NCBI GenBank assembly: GCA_001871435.1
Contig: MNVC01000019.1
Coordinates: 218-64,217, forward strand
Direction: 5' to 3'
DNA length: 64,000 bases
From: Candidatus Magasanikbacteria bacterium CG1_02_32_51
Lineage (GTDB): Bacteria > Patescibacteriota > Patescibacteriia > Magasanikbacterales > UBA922
Below are positions 18,645 to 29,095 of the stretch, in pieces (the first letter of the stretch is position 1; every line of letters begins with the position of its first letter). A program made the position numbers and the translations under genes. The notes under the pieces are model-generated. The model searched no databases and was not told the DNA's origin. It saw nothing but the letters and a program-made list of their open reading frames with translations.

Positions 18645-20681
18645 TTATTTTTTGTATAATGCCCACCAACGATAAAAGGCATCAGCTATTGGTTCAGCAT
18701 TTATTCCGCCTTCTCCGCCTTCTTCTATTAAAATTGTTACTACAATCTCAGGATTTTCAAAAGGAGCAAAAGAAGTAAACCAAGCATGAGTATCTTTTGT
18801 TTTACTCCATTGTGCTGTACCTGTTTTACCAGCTGATGTAAAAGGTAGTGTAGATAATCTATGACAAGAACCATAAGATACACAATCCTTCATACCAAGA
18901 CGAACAGTATTTATGTTTGCTGGATCAATAAAATTTTGATTCAACACTTCAGATTTTATGTCTGTAACTCTCCCAGTTTCTAAATTAACAATTTGCTTTA
19001 ATGTATGTGGTACATACAATGTTCCACCATTGGCAATAGTGGCTGTCATAGATGCAATTTGTAAAGGCGTTGTCAAAAAATCACCTTGGCCAATAGAATA
19101 GTTATATGTATCCCCAATATACCAAGGTTCTTTTTTGACGCGTTGCTTCCATTGTGGTGTTGGTAAAAAGCCACTTGATTCAGCTGGCAAATCAATACCT
19201 AACATTTTACCAAAGCCAAAATATTTTAGATATTCATTTATTTTATCAACTCCCAAACCAACAAAATTTCCATAGCCACCACCAATATAATAGTAAAAAG
19301 TATTTACAGACAAAGCTAAAGATTTTTGTACATTAGTCATACCATGTCCACCAACTTGCCAATCAGGAAAAAACCACTCTGCAACTCGCAATCCACCAGT
19401 ACTCAAAAAACTAGTGTTAGGATTGATTATTTTTTCTTGTAAAGCAGCTAAAGCCATAACAGGTTTTATAACTGAACCTGATGGAAAATTACCACTAATA
19501 GCTCTATTGAATAAAGGTTCGTCTGAATCATTTAAATATTTGTTATAATTATCTTTAGTTATTCCACCAGAAAAATCATTATTATCAAATCCAGGATAGC
19601 TAACTAAAGCCAAAATTTCGCCACTGCGTGGATCTAAAACTATAGCAGAAGCTCGATCTTTATTTATTTCTTGTAATTTTTGATTAACTAATTCTTCTAA
19701 TTTATTTTGTATATTTGCATCTATTGTCAAAATTAAATTGGATCCAGCAATAGGTTCCTTTTCTGCTAAGTTTTGTTGTTCTTTACCTTGAGCATTTACT
19801 TCTATTTTTTTCTCTCCATAGGTACCACGCAAATAAATTTCATAATTTTTTTCTATTCCAGTTTTCCCAATAGAATCTGAAGGAAAATATCCTTTTTTAT
19901 AATAAGTATCCAATTCTTGAGGTGACAATTTTCCTACATAACCTAAAATATGTGATAAACTATTATTGATATATTTTTGATTATCTTCAGGGTGTAAAAA
20001 ATCAGCGTTGTTAGAGGTATCATTAGTGCTAGTAGTATTTATACCTTTTTCTGTAGGATCTAAAATATACAATCTTTTACTACCAAGCTGAATACTAATA
20101 CCTGGCAAATCTGTATTAGCTATTTGTGTTTTTAAAGCTGATTCATAAGGAATATCTTCAGTAATAATAATTGAATCTTGTTGATAATCTTTATATTTTT
20201 CTATTATATCACTTATTTCTTTTTTATCTTGATCAGTAATACTTATCAATTTTTCTATAATTTTATTCAAATCTTCTTGATTTTTTGGTAAATTTTTTGG
20301 AATTACAGACAAAGAAAAATTTGGTACATTTTGAGTAAGTTGGACATTGTTTCTATCAAAGATAAAACCTCTTTCAGATGGTACTGGAATAATTTTTTGT
20401 CTATTATTCTCGGCTCGTACACGATAATTATCTCCTAATAAAATTTGTAAAAAAAATCCTCTTCCTAAAATAATAGAAAAACAAAAAACTACAAAAAGCA
20501 AAAATAAAAAAGTCTTTTTACTACCAGAAAAACTTGATCCCAAATAAGAACTGCCTGAATTATTGACTTCATTTTCAGAATTTTTTTCAGTAAATAAATT
20601 ATCTTCTGTCCAAGACAATTTGTATTTACCCTTTAGATTAATTTTTTGTTTTGGATTTATAAGATATGGATCAATTTCCAT
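18645..20681 (-). CDS. mrdA: penicillin-binding protein 2 (transpeptidase)
   Basis: SxxK (SVIKP) and KTGTA motifs; N-terminal TM; placed after mreBCD. Confidence 0.85.
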   Translation of the reverse strand: MEIDPYLINPKQKINLKGKYKLSWTEDNLFTEKNSENEVNNSGSSYLGSSFSGSKKTFLFLLFVVFCFSIILGRGFFLQILLGDNYRVRAENNRQKIIPVPSERGFIFDRNNVQLTQNVPNFSLSVIPKNLPKNQEDLNKIIEKLISITDQDKKEISDIIEKYKDYQQDSIIITEDIPYESALKTQIANTDLPGISIQLGSKRLYILDPTEKGINTTSTNDTSNNADFLHPEDNQKYINNSLSHILGYVGKLSPQELDTYYKKGYFPSDSIGKTGIEKNYEIYLRGTYGEKKIEVNAQGKEQQNLAEKEPIAGSNLILTIDANIQNKLEELVNQKLQEINKDRASAIVLDPRSGEILALVSYPGFDNNDFSGGITKDNYNKYLNDSDEPLFNRAISGNFPSGSVIKPVMALAALQEKIINPNTSFLSTGGLRVAEWFFPDWQVGGHGMTNVQKSLALSVNTFYYYIGGGYGNFVGLGVDKINEYLKYFGFGKMLGIDLPAESSGFLPTPQWKQRVKKEPWYIGDTYNYSIGQGDFLTTPLQIASMTATIANGGTLYVPHTLKQIVNLETGRVTDIKSEVLNQNFIDPANINTVRLGMKDCVSYGSCHRLSTLPFTSAGKTGTAQWSKTKDTHAWFTSFAPFENPEIVVTILIEEGGEGGINAEPIADAFYRWWALYKK

Positions 20682-20685
20682 ATTA

Positions 20686-21189
20686 TTATTTTAATATTTT
20701 AAACTTTGTAAAAAATTTATTTAATAAAAAATATAATAAAAAGGCCGTAATAGTAGTAAATAATAATTCCCAACCAAAATAAAAAAGAAAAGTTAATTTT
20801 ATTTTTGTGCCATTAAAAACTATAAAAAAAATATAAAAAATTCTAAAAAAAATAACTTCCAATGCTACCATAGTTGCCAAAGCCCAGACAGACTTATTGG
20901 TAAAGAATTCATAATATAACCAATATACCAATAAAAAACTAATTGTTAAAGAAAAAATAAAAATACCAAAATATAATTCACTATATAAATCCATTAAAAC
21001 ACCAAAAAGAAAAGCACCCCAGACAATATTCCCTGAACCATAAAGACCTAACAGTATAATCAAAAATATGATAACCAAATTTATATTTTCAAAAGGATAT
21101 GGCAATAAAAAAGAAGAATAAAGACTTAATATAAAAATAAAAATTATTAAGAAAAAATAAAAGATTATTCGTAAAATAGATTTTAACAT
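20686..21189 (-). CDS. mreD: rod shape-determining protein MreD (polytopic membrane protein)
   Basis: 167 aa, all TM helices, positioned between mreC and mrdA. Confidence 0.5.
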   Translation of the reverse strand: MLKSILRIIFYFFLIIFIFILSLYSSFLLPYPFENINLVIIFLIILLGLYGSGNIVWGAFLFGVLMDLYSELYFGIFIFSLTISFLLVYWLYYEFFTNKSVWALATMVALEVIFFRIFYIFFIVFNGTKIKLTFLFYFGWELLFTTITAFLLYFLLNKFFTKFKILK

Positions 21190-21221
21190 AGCAAAAATAA
21201 AAAATTATCAACTAACTTATT

Positions 21222-22013
21222 TTATTTTTTGTGAACAATTATTGACACCAAGTTTATATAGCTAAGATCAGCAGTTGGAGTAATTACTGCTTGTTGAAAG
21301 GGTTCATTGGGTTTTTTGTCTACAACTTCTATATTTCCAATTACTAGTCCACGAGGTATAGTATCAGAAAGGCCAGATGAAATTATAATATCTCCGGGAG
21401 TAATTACTTCATTTTGGGGAATATAATTCATACGAACTCCCAAGCCATAACCTCCTTCTACTAAGCCAATACTCCTTTCTCTATTCATAATAGTGGCACC
21501 GATAGCGCTATTATTATCATTAATAAGTCTTACCACTGACCTATTATCTTCTACTTTGATTATTTTACCTATCAAAATACCATTATTAACTACAACAGGA
21601 TCTCCTTCTTGTATTCCATCTTTATTACCTTTGTCAATCATAATGGTAGTTGCTAAAGGATTAACTGTTCTACTTAGAACTACTGCACCAACATGTTCAA
21701 AATTATTTTGAACAAAAAAGTTTAATTGTTTTTTTAATTCTAAATTTTCTTCTGTCAAAATTTGTACATTTATTTCACTTAATTGATTTTTTTCTTTTAT
21801 TTGTTCCAAAGTATTTATATCATCAGTTGTCAATGGTTGTTCTGTTTTTTTAAAATATAATTTTATTTTATTAATTGGTTTCAAACTCCAATCTACTATA
21901 AAGATAAGTGGTTTTTCAACAAAATCTAGCCAATGAAAATAATTAAATCCAACCACAAAAATAATCACAAAAAAAATAGTAAAAAATGTAGCTGTTTTAC
22001 TTTTGGTAACCAT
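21222..22013 (-). CDS. mreC: rod shape-determining protein MreC
   Basis: N-terminal TM and coiled coil, with C-terminal beta domains (GLVIG, GDIIISSG). Confidence 0.75.
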   Translation of the reverse strand: MVTKSKTATFFTIFFVIIFVVGFNYFHWLDFVEKPLIFIVDWSLKPINKIKLYFKKTEQPLTTDDINTLEQIKEKNQLSEINVQILTEENLELKKQLNFFVQNNFEHVGAVVLSRTVNPLATTIMIDKGNKDGIQEGDPVVVNNGILIGKIIKVEDNRSVVRLINDNNSAIGATIMNRERSIGLVEGGYGLGVRMNYIPQNEVITPGDIIISSGLSDTIPRGLVIGNIEVVDKKPNEPFQQAVITPTADLSYINLVSIIVHKK

Positions 22014-22023
22014 AAATCAAAAA

Positions 22024-23070
22024 TTATCTTTTTTGTTTAGCAGAAGGTAAAGCAATACTTCTTAGAAGTTCTTCTTCTTCCAACAAAATACCAGCACCAC
22101 GGACGGTAGTGGTAAGTGGATCATCAGCAATTCTAACAGAAATTTCTGTAGCTTGAGAAATTATTTTATCAATTCCACGCAACAATGAACCACCACCAAC
22201 CAACAATAATCCTCTTTCATGAATATCAGAAATTAGTTCTGGTGGAGTAGTTTCTAAGGTCATTTTAATATGGTCAACTATAGTTTTTACACTTCTAGCC
22301 AAAGCTTCGCGTATTTGTTCATCATTTATCAAAATTTCTTTTGGCAGTCCTGTCATAACATCTCTTCCTTTCATATGAAATTCTATTACTTCTGTACTAG
22401 GTAAAGCTGAACCTACTTTCAATTTTATTTGTTCAGCATGACTTTCACCGACCAACAAATTAAAAACTTCTCTAGCATATTGAATAATATTTCTATTCAT
22501 TTCGTCACCAGCTATCTGGGTAGATTTCCAAGTAACTACGCCACTTAAGGACAAAACAGCTATTTCAGTACTACCAGCACCAATATCCACTACCATATTG
22601 CCTACAGCCTCTTGAATAGGCATACGAGCACCAATAGCAGCTGCCATAGGTCCTTGAACAATAATAACTTCTTTTGCACCAGCTGACATAGTAGCATCCT
22701 CTACGGCCTTTATTTCTACTTCTGTCACATCCAATGGAACAATAATAACCACCCGGGGACGATTAGAAATAGAAAAACCATCTTTTTGAACTTTATCAAT
22801 AAAATATTTAAGCATTTTCTCTGTAACTTCGTAATCAGAAATCACCCCAGCTGTCAGAGGTTTGGTTACTTGGATATGAGCTGGAGTTTTACCAAGCATT
22901 TGTTTAGCTTCTTGCCCTACAGCCAAAATTTGTTCTGTTTTAGTGTTGATAGCTACCACTGATGGTTCATCTATCACAATACCTTTTTCAGGAGTATAAA
23001 CTAAAGTATTAGCTGTTCCCAAATCAATAGCAACATCTTTACCAATTTTTCGAAAAAAATTTTTAAACAT
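22024..23070 (-). CDS. mreB: rod shape-determining protein MreB
   Basis: Actin-fold motifs DLGTANTLVY and VDIGAGSTEIAV. Confidence 0.9.
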   Translation of the reverse strand: MFKNFFRKIGKDVAIDLGTANTLVYTPEKGIVIDEPSVVAINTKTEQILAVGQEAKQMLGKTPAHIQVTKPLTAGVISDYEVTEKMLKYFIDKVQKDGFSISNRPRVVIIVPLDVTEVEIKAVEDATMSAGAKEVIIVQGPMAAAIGARMPIQEAVGNMVVDIGAGSTEIAVLSLSGVVTWKSTQIAGDEMNRNIIQYAREVFNLLVGESHAEQIKLKVGSALPSTEVIEFHMKGRDVMTGLPKEILINDEQIREALARSVKTIVDHIKMTLETTPPELISDIHERGLLLVGGGSLLRGIDKIISQATEISVRIADDPLTTTVRGAGILLEEEELLRSIALPSAKQKR

Positions 23071-23177
23071 ATTTTCATTAAAACACTAGAACATAAAAAC
23101 TTTAAAACAATTTTGAACAAAATATCAAATTATTATCTCAACGTATCTCTTTATCTTCATTTATTAAGTATTTTTTA

Positions 23178-24413
23178 CTATTTTAACAATTCATCAATTG
23201 AGATAATTTTTGCTTCAGATTCTGTACGTTTTTTTATTTCCACACTTTCATTTGCTAAAGTCTTTGGACTTATAATGTAACGAGTAGGCATACCAATTAA
23301 ATCACTATCAGCAAATTTTTCACCAGGTCTGACGCCAATTCTATCATCGTACAAAACTTCTTTACCTTGTAATTTCAATCTTTCATAGAGATTATCAACT
23401 TTTTTGATATCAGCTTCATCAGTACAAAGAGAAACAAGATGAATTTGAAAAGGAGAAATACTTTCTGGCCAAATTATACCTTTGTCATCAGCAAGAGCTT
23501 CTACCACAGTACCTATCAAACGACTAAGACCTATCCCATAGCAACCCATCAAAATAGTATGTTTTTGACCTTTTTCATCTGTGAAAGAAAGATCAAAAGG
23601 TTCTGAATACTTTGTTTTTAAATCAAAAATATTACCAACTTCAATAGAATGACTTTCAATTAATTTTTCTTTTTTAAGACCTAAACTCTCTAATACTTCG
23701 TCATTAAAAACTTCTTTGTTGATTGCAATATTTTTTTCTTTGTCAATATAAATTGTATCTTCGCCAGCTGGTGTAACAGTTTGAAATTCATGTGAGTATT
23801 TTGAAAAAGTTCCACCAGAAGCAAAAGTCATGTAAGTCATATCACCAATACCAACTCTTTGAAAAATACTTTTATAAACATCTTTCATTTTTTCATAAAA
23901 ATTTTCAAAATCCTTTTGTGATGTGTGAAATGAATACATATCTTTCATAATAAATTCCCTTCCTCGCAAAATACCAGATTTGGCACGGAGTTCCATTCTA
24001 AATTTATTTTGAATTTGATAGACAGCTACTGGAAAATCTTTGTAAGAAGAAGCATAATTTCTCAAAATAGGTACAACTATTTCTTCGTGAGTTGGACCAA
24101 GTGCAACTTCTCTTTTGGATGAGTCACTAACTTTGTACAAATCGTCCATTGAATTCCATCTGCCAGTTTTTTCCCAATTTTCTTTTGGTTGAAATGAAGA
24201 CATTAAAATTTCTTGACCACCAACATTATCCATTTCTTTCCTAATTATATTTTCAACTTTTTTTAAAACACGCAAACCCAAAGGCAAATAACTATAAACA
24301 CCCGCCATCTCTTTATTTATAAAGCCTGCCCGAATAAGTAATTTGGCATTTTTGGAGACTTCGTCAGCAGGAGCTTCTTTTTTTGTTTTAGTAAATAATT
24401 GTGATTGACGCAT
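23178..24413 (-). CDS. proS: prolyl-tRNA synthetase, short form without the INS editing domain
   Basis: N-terminal QLFTKTKKEAPADEVSKNAKLLIRAGFI is the typical bacterial ProS start. At 411 aa it is too short to include the insertion domain. Confidence 0.75.
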   Translation of the reverse strand: MRQSQLFTKTKKEAPADEVSKNAKLLIRAGFINKEMAGVYSYLPLGLRVLKKVENIIRKEMDNVGGQEILMSSFQPKENWEKTGRWNSMDDLYKVSDSSKREVALGPTHEEIVVPILRNYASSYKDFPVAVYQIQNKFRMELRAKSGILRGREFIMKDMYSFHTSQKDFENFYEKMKDVYKSIFQRVGIGDMTYMTFASGGTFSKYSHEFQTVTPAGEDTIYIDKEKNIAINKEVFNDEVLESLGLKKEKLIESHSIEVGNIFDLKTKYSEPFDLSFTDEKGQKHTILMGCYGIGLSRLIGTVVEALADDKGIIWPESISPFQIHLVSLCTDEADIKKVDNLYERLKLQGKEVLYDDRIGVRPGEKFADSDLIGMPTRYIISPKTLANESVEIKKRTESEAKIISIDELLK

Positions 24414-24424
24414 ATATTTATATT

Positions 24425-24446
24425 GAGCGAAGCGAAATATCTTTCC
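24425..24446 (-). promoter_or_regulatory. start-codon-abutting GC hairpin motif (member 3), upstream of proS
   Basis: In mRNA sense: ggaaagauauuucgcuucgcucaauau, 12 nt before the ATG. Confidence 0.45.
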
Positions 24447-24597
24447 TATTGATTACATTATCAATGTTTCAAACTCGCTTCTATTAAATAATAATTTAAA
24501 TTAATTTCTAGCTACTAACAATATTGTGTGAGTTAATATTTTTTAAAGAATTTTATCTTAAGAAAGATTCCTCACTGTACTTCGTCGGTTCAGAATA

Positions 24598-24984
24598 TTA
24601 TGTCGACTTATATTTAACAGATATATTGAAGGAAACAATAAGAACAAAAATAATAAGTAACAAACTAGCAGTTATCACATTTAGATAATTTTGACCTTGC
24701 AAAAATAAAGCTAAAATTATAAATAATGACAAAAACATTGATTGTCGAAAACTTACTTCTACATAACGAAACATGGGCAAATTCTTGTCCCCAAATAATT
24801 TGTAAAAAAAGAAGAACATAATAGATAGTGTGCCCATAACAGATAAAAATAGACTTCCATAAAAAAAGGCAAAACCTGAAATAGGAGTTGCAAAAGGATC
24901 AACATTGCTAATCACAAAAAACCACGATAACCAACAAAGTATTGTGGCAAAGAACATTGTAGCGATATATTGACGAAGATTCAT
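24598..24984 (-). CDS. small membrane protein (hypothetical)
   Basis: 128 aa with three predicted TM helices. Confidence 0.35.
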   Translation of the reverse strand: MNLRQYIATMFFATILCWLSWFFVISNVDPFATPISGFAFFYGSLFLSVMGTLSIMFFFFYKLFGDKNLPMFRYVEVSFRQSMFLSLFIILALFLQGQNYLNVITASLLLIIFVLIVSFNISVKYKST

Positions 24985-25080
24985 AAAAATAGGTCTATAT
25001 AAGCATAAACACAGCTTTTGAAAGCTATGTTTATTCTACACTATTTTAGAAGCATTGGCAAGCTATTTTTTTTGGCTAAA

Positions 25081-25380
25081 TTACACCAAATATCTAATCC
25101 TATCTACTTCATTTCTACCTAATTTTTTGTTTAATTTTTCAACAATTTGTGTTTGATTTAGTCTAATCTCCTGAGCCATAGCTGAACTAGCACAACTAAT
25201 AGTCAAAGTACGATTTTTGATAAAAAGTGGGTTGACATTCAAAGCAAGTTCTTCACCAAACATATTTGACAAGACAACTTTGGCTTCTTCAACTACTTGA
25301 GAATCCTCCAATTGTTTTTTGAGTGGTCCACTTTGAATGAACTTATTACTTAGTGTGTCTCCAAGGGAGGAAAAGGACAT
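25081..25380 (-). CDS. DUF721/DciA-like small protein (possible replicative helicase-loader-related)
   Basis: About 100 aa; pattern A-x-P-x(n)-TLTISCASSAMAQEI...VEKLNKKLG...RIRY resembles DUF721 family members. Confidence 0.35.
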   Translation of the reverse strand: MSFSSLGDTLSNKFIQSGPLKKQLEDSQVVEEAKVVLSNMFGEELALNVNPLFIKNRTLTISCASSAMAQEIRLNQTQIVEKLNKKLGRNEVDRIRYLV

Positions 25381-25521
25381 AATTTCTTGATATAAAATAA
25401 ATGAAGATAAAGAGATACAATAGAGCTAAACATAAAAAACCAAATCTCTATTTATCTCAATCTTATTTCTTTTTCTTTATCTTACCACGTTTGCATTTAA
25501 ATTCAAAATAATCTTAAAAAA

Positions 25522-26040
25522 TCAAACAACGTAAACATAGACACCATCACCTTGTTTGTGTATTGGCCAATCCCCTAGTTTGAAAGCATTAGAAACTATT
25601 AAACTACCTGGTTTCATTTCTTTTTTTATTTTTTTGGCTAATTTGTTCATTCTGTGGGGAATAAAGTACATTGTCAAAATATCTATATCTTTCAAATCAT
25701 AATCCCAAAAATTAGCATTAATTATTTTAGCATTTTTTAATTTATTTTTCTTTATTAGTATCTTGCTCCAAAGACAGAGAAGTGGATTTATTTCTATACC
25801 AATAGTCTGAAAACCTTGACGAGCAAGACTCAAGACTATTCTACCATCACCAGAACCAAGTTCTAATACTGTACTTGTTTTTGGTTTGTCTATCATACTC
25901 AACATTTTAATAATTTGTTTTTTAGTTGTGGGTACAAAAGGGGCAGCACTAATTGTAGCAAATGCCATGTATAACAAAAAAAATAATAAAATTAGCAAAA
26001 TTACCAACCAAAAAATTAAAATAAAAATTTTTATAATCAT
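25522..26040 (-). CDS. membrane-anchored class I SAM-dependent methyltransferase
   Basis: N-terminal TM followed by motif I VLELGSGDGRIV. Confidence 0.55.
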   Translation of the reverse strand: MIIKIFILIFWLVILLILLFFLLYMAFATISAAPFVPTTKKQIIKMLSMIDKPKTSTVLELGSGDGRIVLSLARQGFQTIGIEINPLLCLWSKILIKKNKLKNAKIINANFWDYDLKDIDILTMYFIPHRMNKLAKKIKKEMKPGSLIVSNAFKLGDWPIHKQGDGVYVYVV

Positions 26041-28988
26041 AATTGTCTAAATTCACAAATTTCTTTAAAATCACAATACTGACAAATGTGTTTATTTGGA
26101 GTAGCTTTAAAATCTCCTTTTTGAATATGCTCCATTGCGTCAAAAAGTTTTGCTTCCAATTTTTCTTTATCTTTGTCAGTGCCCACAAAAGACATCAATT
26201 TATTTTCGTTTAAGTAAAAGAAAGTAAGTTTCTCAATTTTTCCCAGATTTTGATATTGAGGTAGAGTCTCCACAGCAATTTGATAAATAAGTAATTGTTG
26301 TTTGTCGTCAATTGTTAATTTATCTTTTGGTTGACCAGTCTTATAATCAATAATTTCCAATTTGTTATCTTTCATTTGATCAATTCTATCTATTCTACCT
26401 TTAACAAAGTACTCACCTATTTTAATTTTAAATCCTCCTTCAAGAGAAACTGGAATTGTCCAATTGTCTTTTTGCGATTTGTAAAATTCTTTTAGTAGTT
26501 CTTCACCTTTGGCAAAATATTCTTCTCTCTGATTTTTATTTCTATACCAATCTCCTATCCATTTAGTTTTATAAAGTGCAAGTAATTCTTCTTGACTTGG
26601 TACTTTTATTTTATCATCTTTTTTCTTTTCAACAGTTTTAGTTTCAAAAAGAGAAATTTGTGTGGCACTATTTAAGTCTTGAACTTTTTCGTAAAAAGCC
26701 TGTAAAGTTCCATGGATAGTATTTCCAAAACTAAAATGTGGGCTACCTTTACTAGGTAAATTCAAAACATAAGCCAGTTTATATTGATAAGGACATTTTT
26801 GATAAGTACTAATACGAGAATAAGAAAATACTTTTGGTGGAATATATTCTATTTCTTCTGAATTTAGATCTACTTGAATATTTAGTTTTCTTATTTCTTG
26901 CATCAAGGTTTGTTCTTTTTCTCCCAGACTTTTTTCTTTATTATCAAAATTAAGTTCAGCTAAAAAGCGACTAATTTTTTTGGCTCTAGTACCTCCGTAG
27001 CTATTGGCACTAGTAAGGAATAATCTCTGTTTAGCACGAGTGACAGCAACATAAAAAAGGCGACGTTCCTCTTGATAATGTAAGTCATTGCTTTCCAAAA
27101 ATTTTTCTCTTATTAGTTCATCTGGTAGTGGTATTCCTTCACTTTTTCTTCTGGTTGGAAATCTTTCTTCTACCATATTTACTATAAAAACATTTTTATA
27201 TTCCAAACCTTTTGACCCATGAACAGTAATAATATTGACAGAATCTGGTGTATCTTTGATTTGATTTATTTTACCACCATCTCCAGATTCAATAATAAAT
27301 TCATAATTTTCAACAAACCCAGCTACATGAGATCCTGGGACATTTTCTTCGTAAGTTCTTATTAAATCAAAAAATTGTTTCAAGTGATAAATTTGTCTAA
27401 TAACATTTTTATTTCCCTTATTTTCTTCAGTAGTAAGATAGGATAAGTAACCAATACTTTCCATAAATTGATAAAGTATAGTTGTTGGTTTTTCAAATTT
27501 ACTTTGTTTTATTCCTTCATGACAAGCACTTAATAATTTATCAGCAACAATAACAGCTTTATCAGACAAAAAAAACTCACGAGATCTTTTGAGTATTTCG
27601 TAATAAGGTGTACTTTTTCTCTTGGCAGTACTTGTCACTTTTTGTAAATCATTTTGGCTAAATTCTAAAAATGGCATTTTGAGTAAACGAAAAAAAGCTT
27701 TGTCATCATAAATGTCTGTCAGAAGTGTGAGAAAATTGAAAGAATCAATCACAATGTCTTGACGATAGAGCCCTGCCGAAGCCAAATATTCAAAAGGAAT
27801 GCCAAAACTTTCCAAGGCATTACTAAATGGTTCAACATGTGAATTTGCTCTAACCAAAATTGCAAAATCATTCCAATTACAATCTTTGTCAATCTCTTTT
27901 ATTTCCACAATTTTATTTATTACTCCGACTACTTCTTCATCAATAGTTTCATAGTGCAAATGATCTATTTCAGCATGTAAATCTTTTAGATTACTTTTTA
28001 ATCTTTTACTAATCTTTATTTTTTCTTCCAAGCGATGGGGATTATTGTTTTTAATAGATTTGTAAGCTAAATCTAATATTTCTTGTCCTGAGCGGTAGTT
28101 GTCTGTAAGTACAATATTTTTGGCTTCTGGATAATCTGTTTTGAAATTCATGATAATAGCAACATTAGAACCACGAAAAGAATAAATAGCTTGGTCATCA
28201 TCCCCTACTACAGTCAGTTTATTTTCTTGCCCAGCCAATAATTTTATTAGCTGATATTGTGCCCAGTTTACATCTTGAAATTCATCAACCATAATATAAT
28301 GAAATCTTTTTTGTAATTTTTTGAGGATATTTGGTCGATCTTGCAAAAGTTTCACGGCATAAAAAATAATATCACCAAAGTCTAAGGCTTCATTATCTAA
28401 CAATAGTTTTTGATATTTGTGATAAGCATCAGCAAGCTCTATCAGTCTATTTTTTTCTTGTCTTTCAGCATCGTCTTTGTCTAGTATTAAGCCTTCAACA
28501 TAATCTAAATAATTTTGTGGAGTAATAAGTTCATCTTTGGCTTTGGAAAAATGCGTGAGTAACTCATGAATATAACGATTGGGACTACCCATTGGTCGAT
28601 AATAATCAAAAGCAAATTCATAAATATGTTCACGCAAAAGTAACCAAGCATCAGTCTCAGTGAGAAGACGAAAATTAGTAGGCAGACCAATCTCTAGTCC
28701 ATATTCTTCCAACACTTTTTGACAAAAGCTATGAAAAGTAGAAATTTGCATCTCAGTATAAGGTGTTTCTATAAGACTATCCACTCTGTCTTGCATTTCT
28801 TCAGCAGCTTTGTCGGTAAATGTCAGTGCCAAGATTTCTTCTGGCAAGGCTAATTTTTTTTCTACAATATAAGCAATTTTCTCAGTAATCACAGTCGTCT
28901 TACCAGTTCCTGCTCCAGCAATAATCAACAAATTACCATCATTATATTCAACAGCTTCTTTTTGGATTTTGTTCAATTGTTTTGACAT
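26037..28988 (-). CDS. UvrD/PcrA-like superfamily 1 helicase fused to a C-terminal PD-(D/E)xK nuclease with a Cys cluster (AddA/AddB- or Cas4-like)
   Basis: Walker A IIAGAGTGKTTV and helicase motifs in the N-terminal 650 aa. The C-terminus has RIDRIDQ...EIIDYKTG (PD-(D/E)xK) and a CxxC...CQYCDFKEIC cysteine cluster. Confidence 0.75.
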   Translation of the reverse strand: MSKQLNKIQKEAVEYNDGNLLIIAGAGTGKTTVITEKIAYIVEKKLALPEEILALTFTDKAAEEMQDRVDSLIETPYTEMQISTFHSFCQKVLEEYGLEIGLPTNFRLLTETDAWLLLREHIYEFAFDYYRPMGSPNRYIHELLTHFSKAKDELITPQNYLDYVEGLILDKDDAERQEKNRLIELADAYHKYQKLLLDNEALDFGDIIFYAVKLLQDRPNILKKLQKRFHYIMVDEFQDVNWAQYQLIKLLAGQENKLTVVGDDDQAIYSFRGSNVAIIMNFKTDYPEAKNIVLTDNYRSGQEILDLAYKSIKNNNPHRLEEKIKISKRLKSNLKDLHAEIDHLHYETIDEEVVGVINKIVEIKEIDKDCNWNDFAILVRANSHVEPFSNALESFGIPFEYLASAGLYRQDIVIDSFNFLTLLTDIYDDKAFFRLLKMPFLEFSQNDLQKVTSTAKRKSTPYYEILKRSREFFLSDKAVIVADKLLSACHEGIKQSKFEKPTTILYQFMESIGYLSYLTTEENKGNKNVIRQIYHLKQFFDLIRTYEENVPGSHVAGFVENYEFIIESGDGGKINQIKDTPDSVNIITVHGSKGLEYKNVFIVNMVEERFPTRRKSEGIPLPDELIREKFLESNDLHYQEERRLFYVAVTRAKQRLFLTSANSYGGTRAKKISRFLAELNFDNKEKSLGEKEQTLMQEIRKLNIQVDLNSEEIEYIPPKVFSYSRISTYQKCPYQYKLAYVLNLPSKGSPHFSFGNTIHGTLQAFYEKVQDLNSATQISLFETKTVEKKKDDKIKVPSQEELLALYKTKWIGDWYRNKNQREEYFAKGEELLKEFYKSQKDNWTIPVSLEGGFKIKIGEYFVKGRIDRIDQMKDNKLEIIDYKTGQPKDKLTIDDKQQLLIYQIAVETLPQYQNLGKIEKLTFFYLNENKLMSFVGTDKDKEKLEAKLFDAMEHIQKGDFKATPNKHICQYCDFKEICEFRQL

Positions 28989-29095
28989 AGATTTATTTAA
29001 TCTTTAAAAGATATTACTATCTTACTACATAATTACATAAAAAACAAAATCTCCCTAAATAAGAGAGATTTGTTCAGTATTCAATAAATAAAATG

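Noticed and set aside
25949-26188. 79-aa ORF overlapping the end of the helicase-nuclease and the start of the methyltransferase
   Set aside because: Its sequence MWALTKIKKNW... has no motifs and overlaps two well-supported genes.
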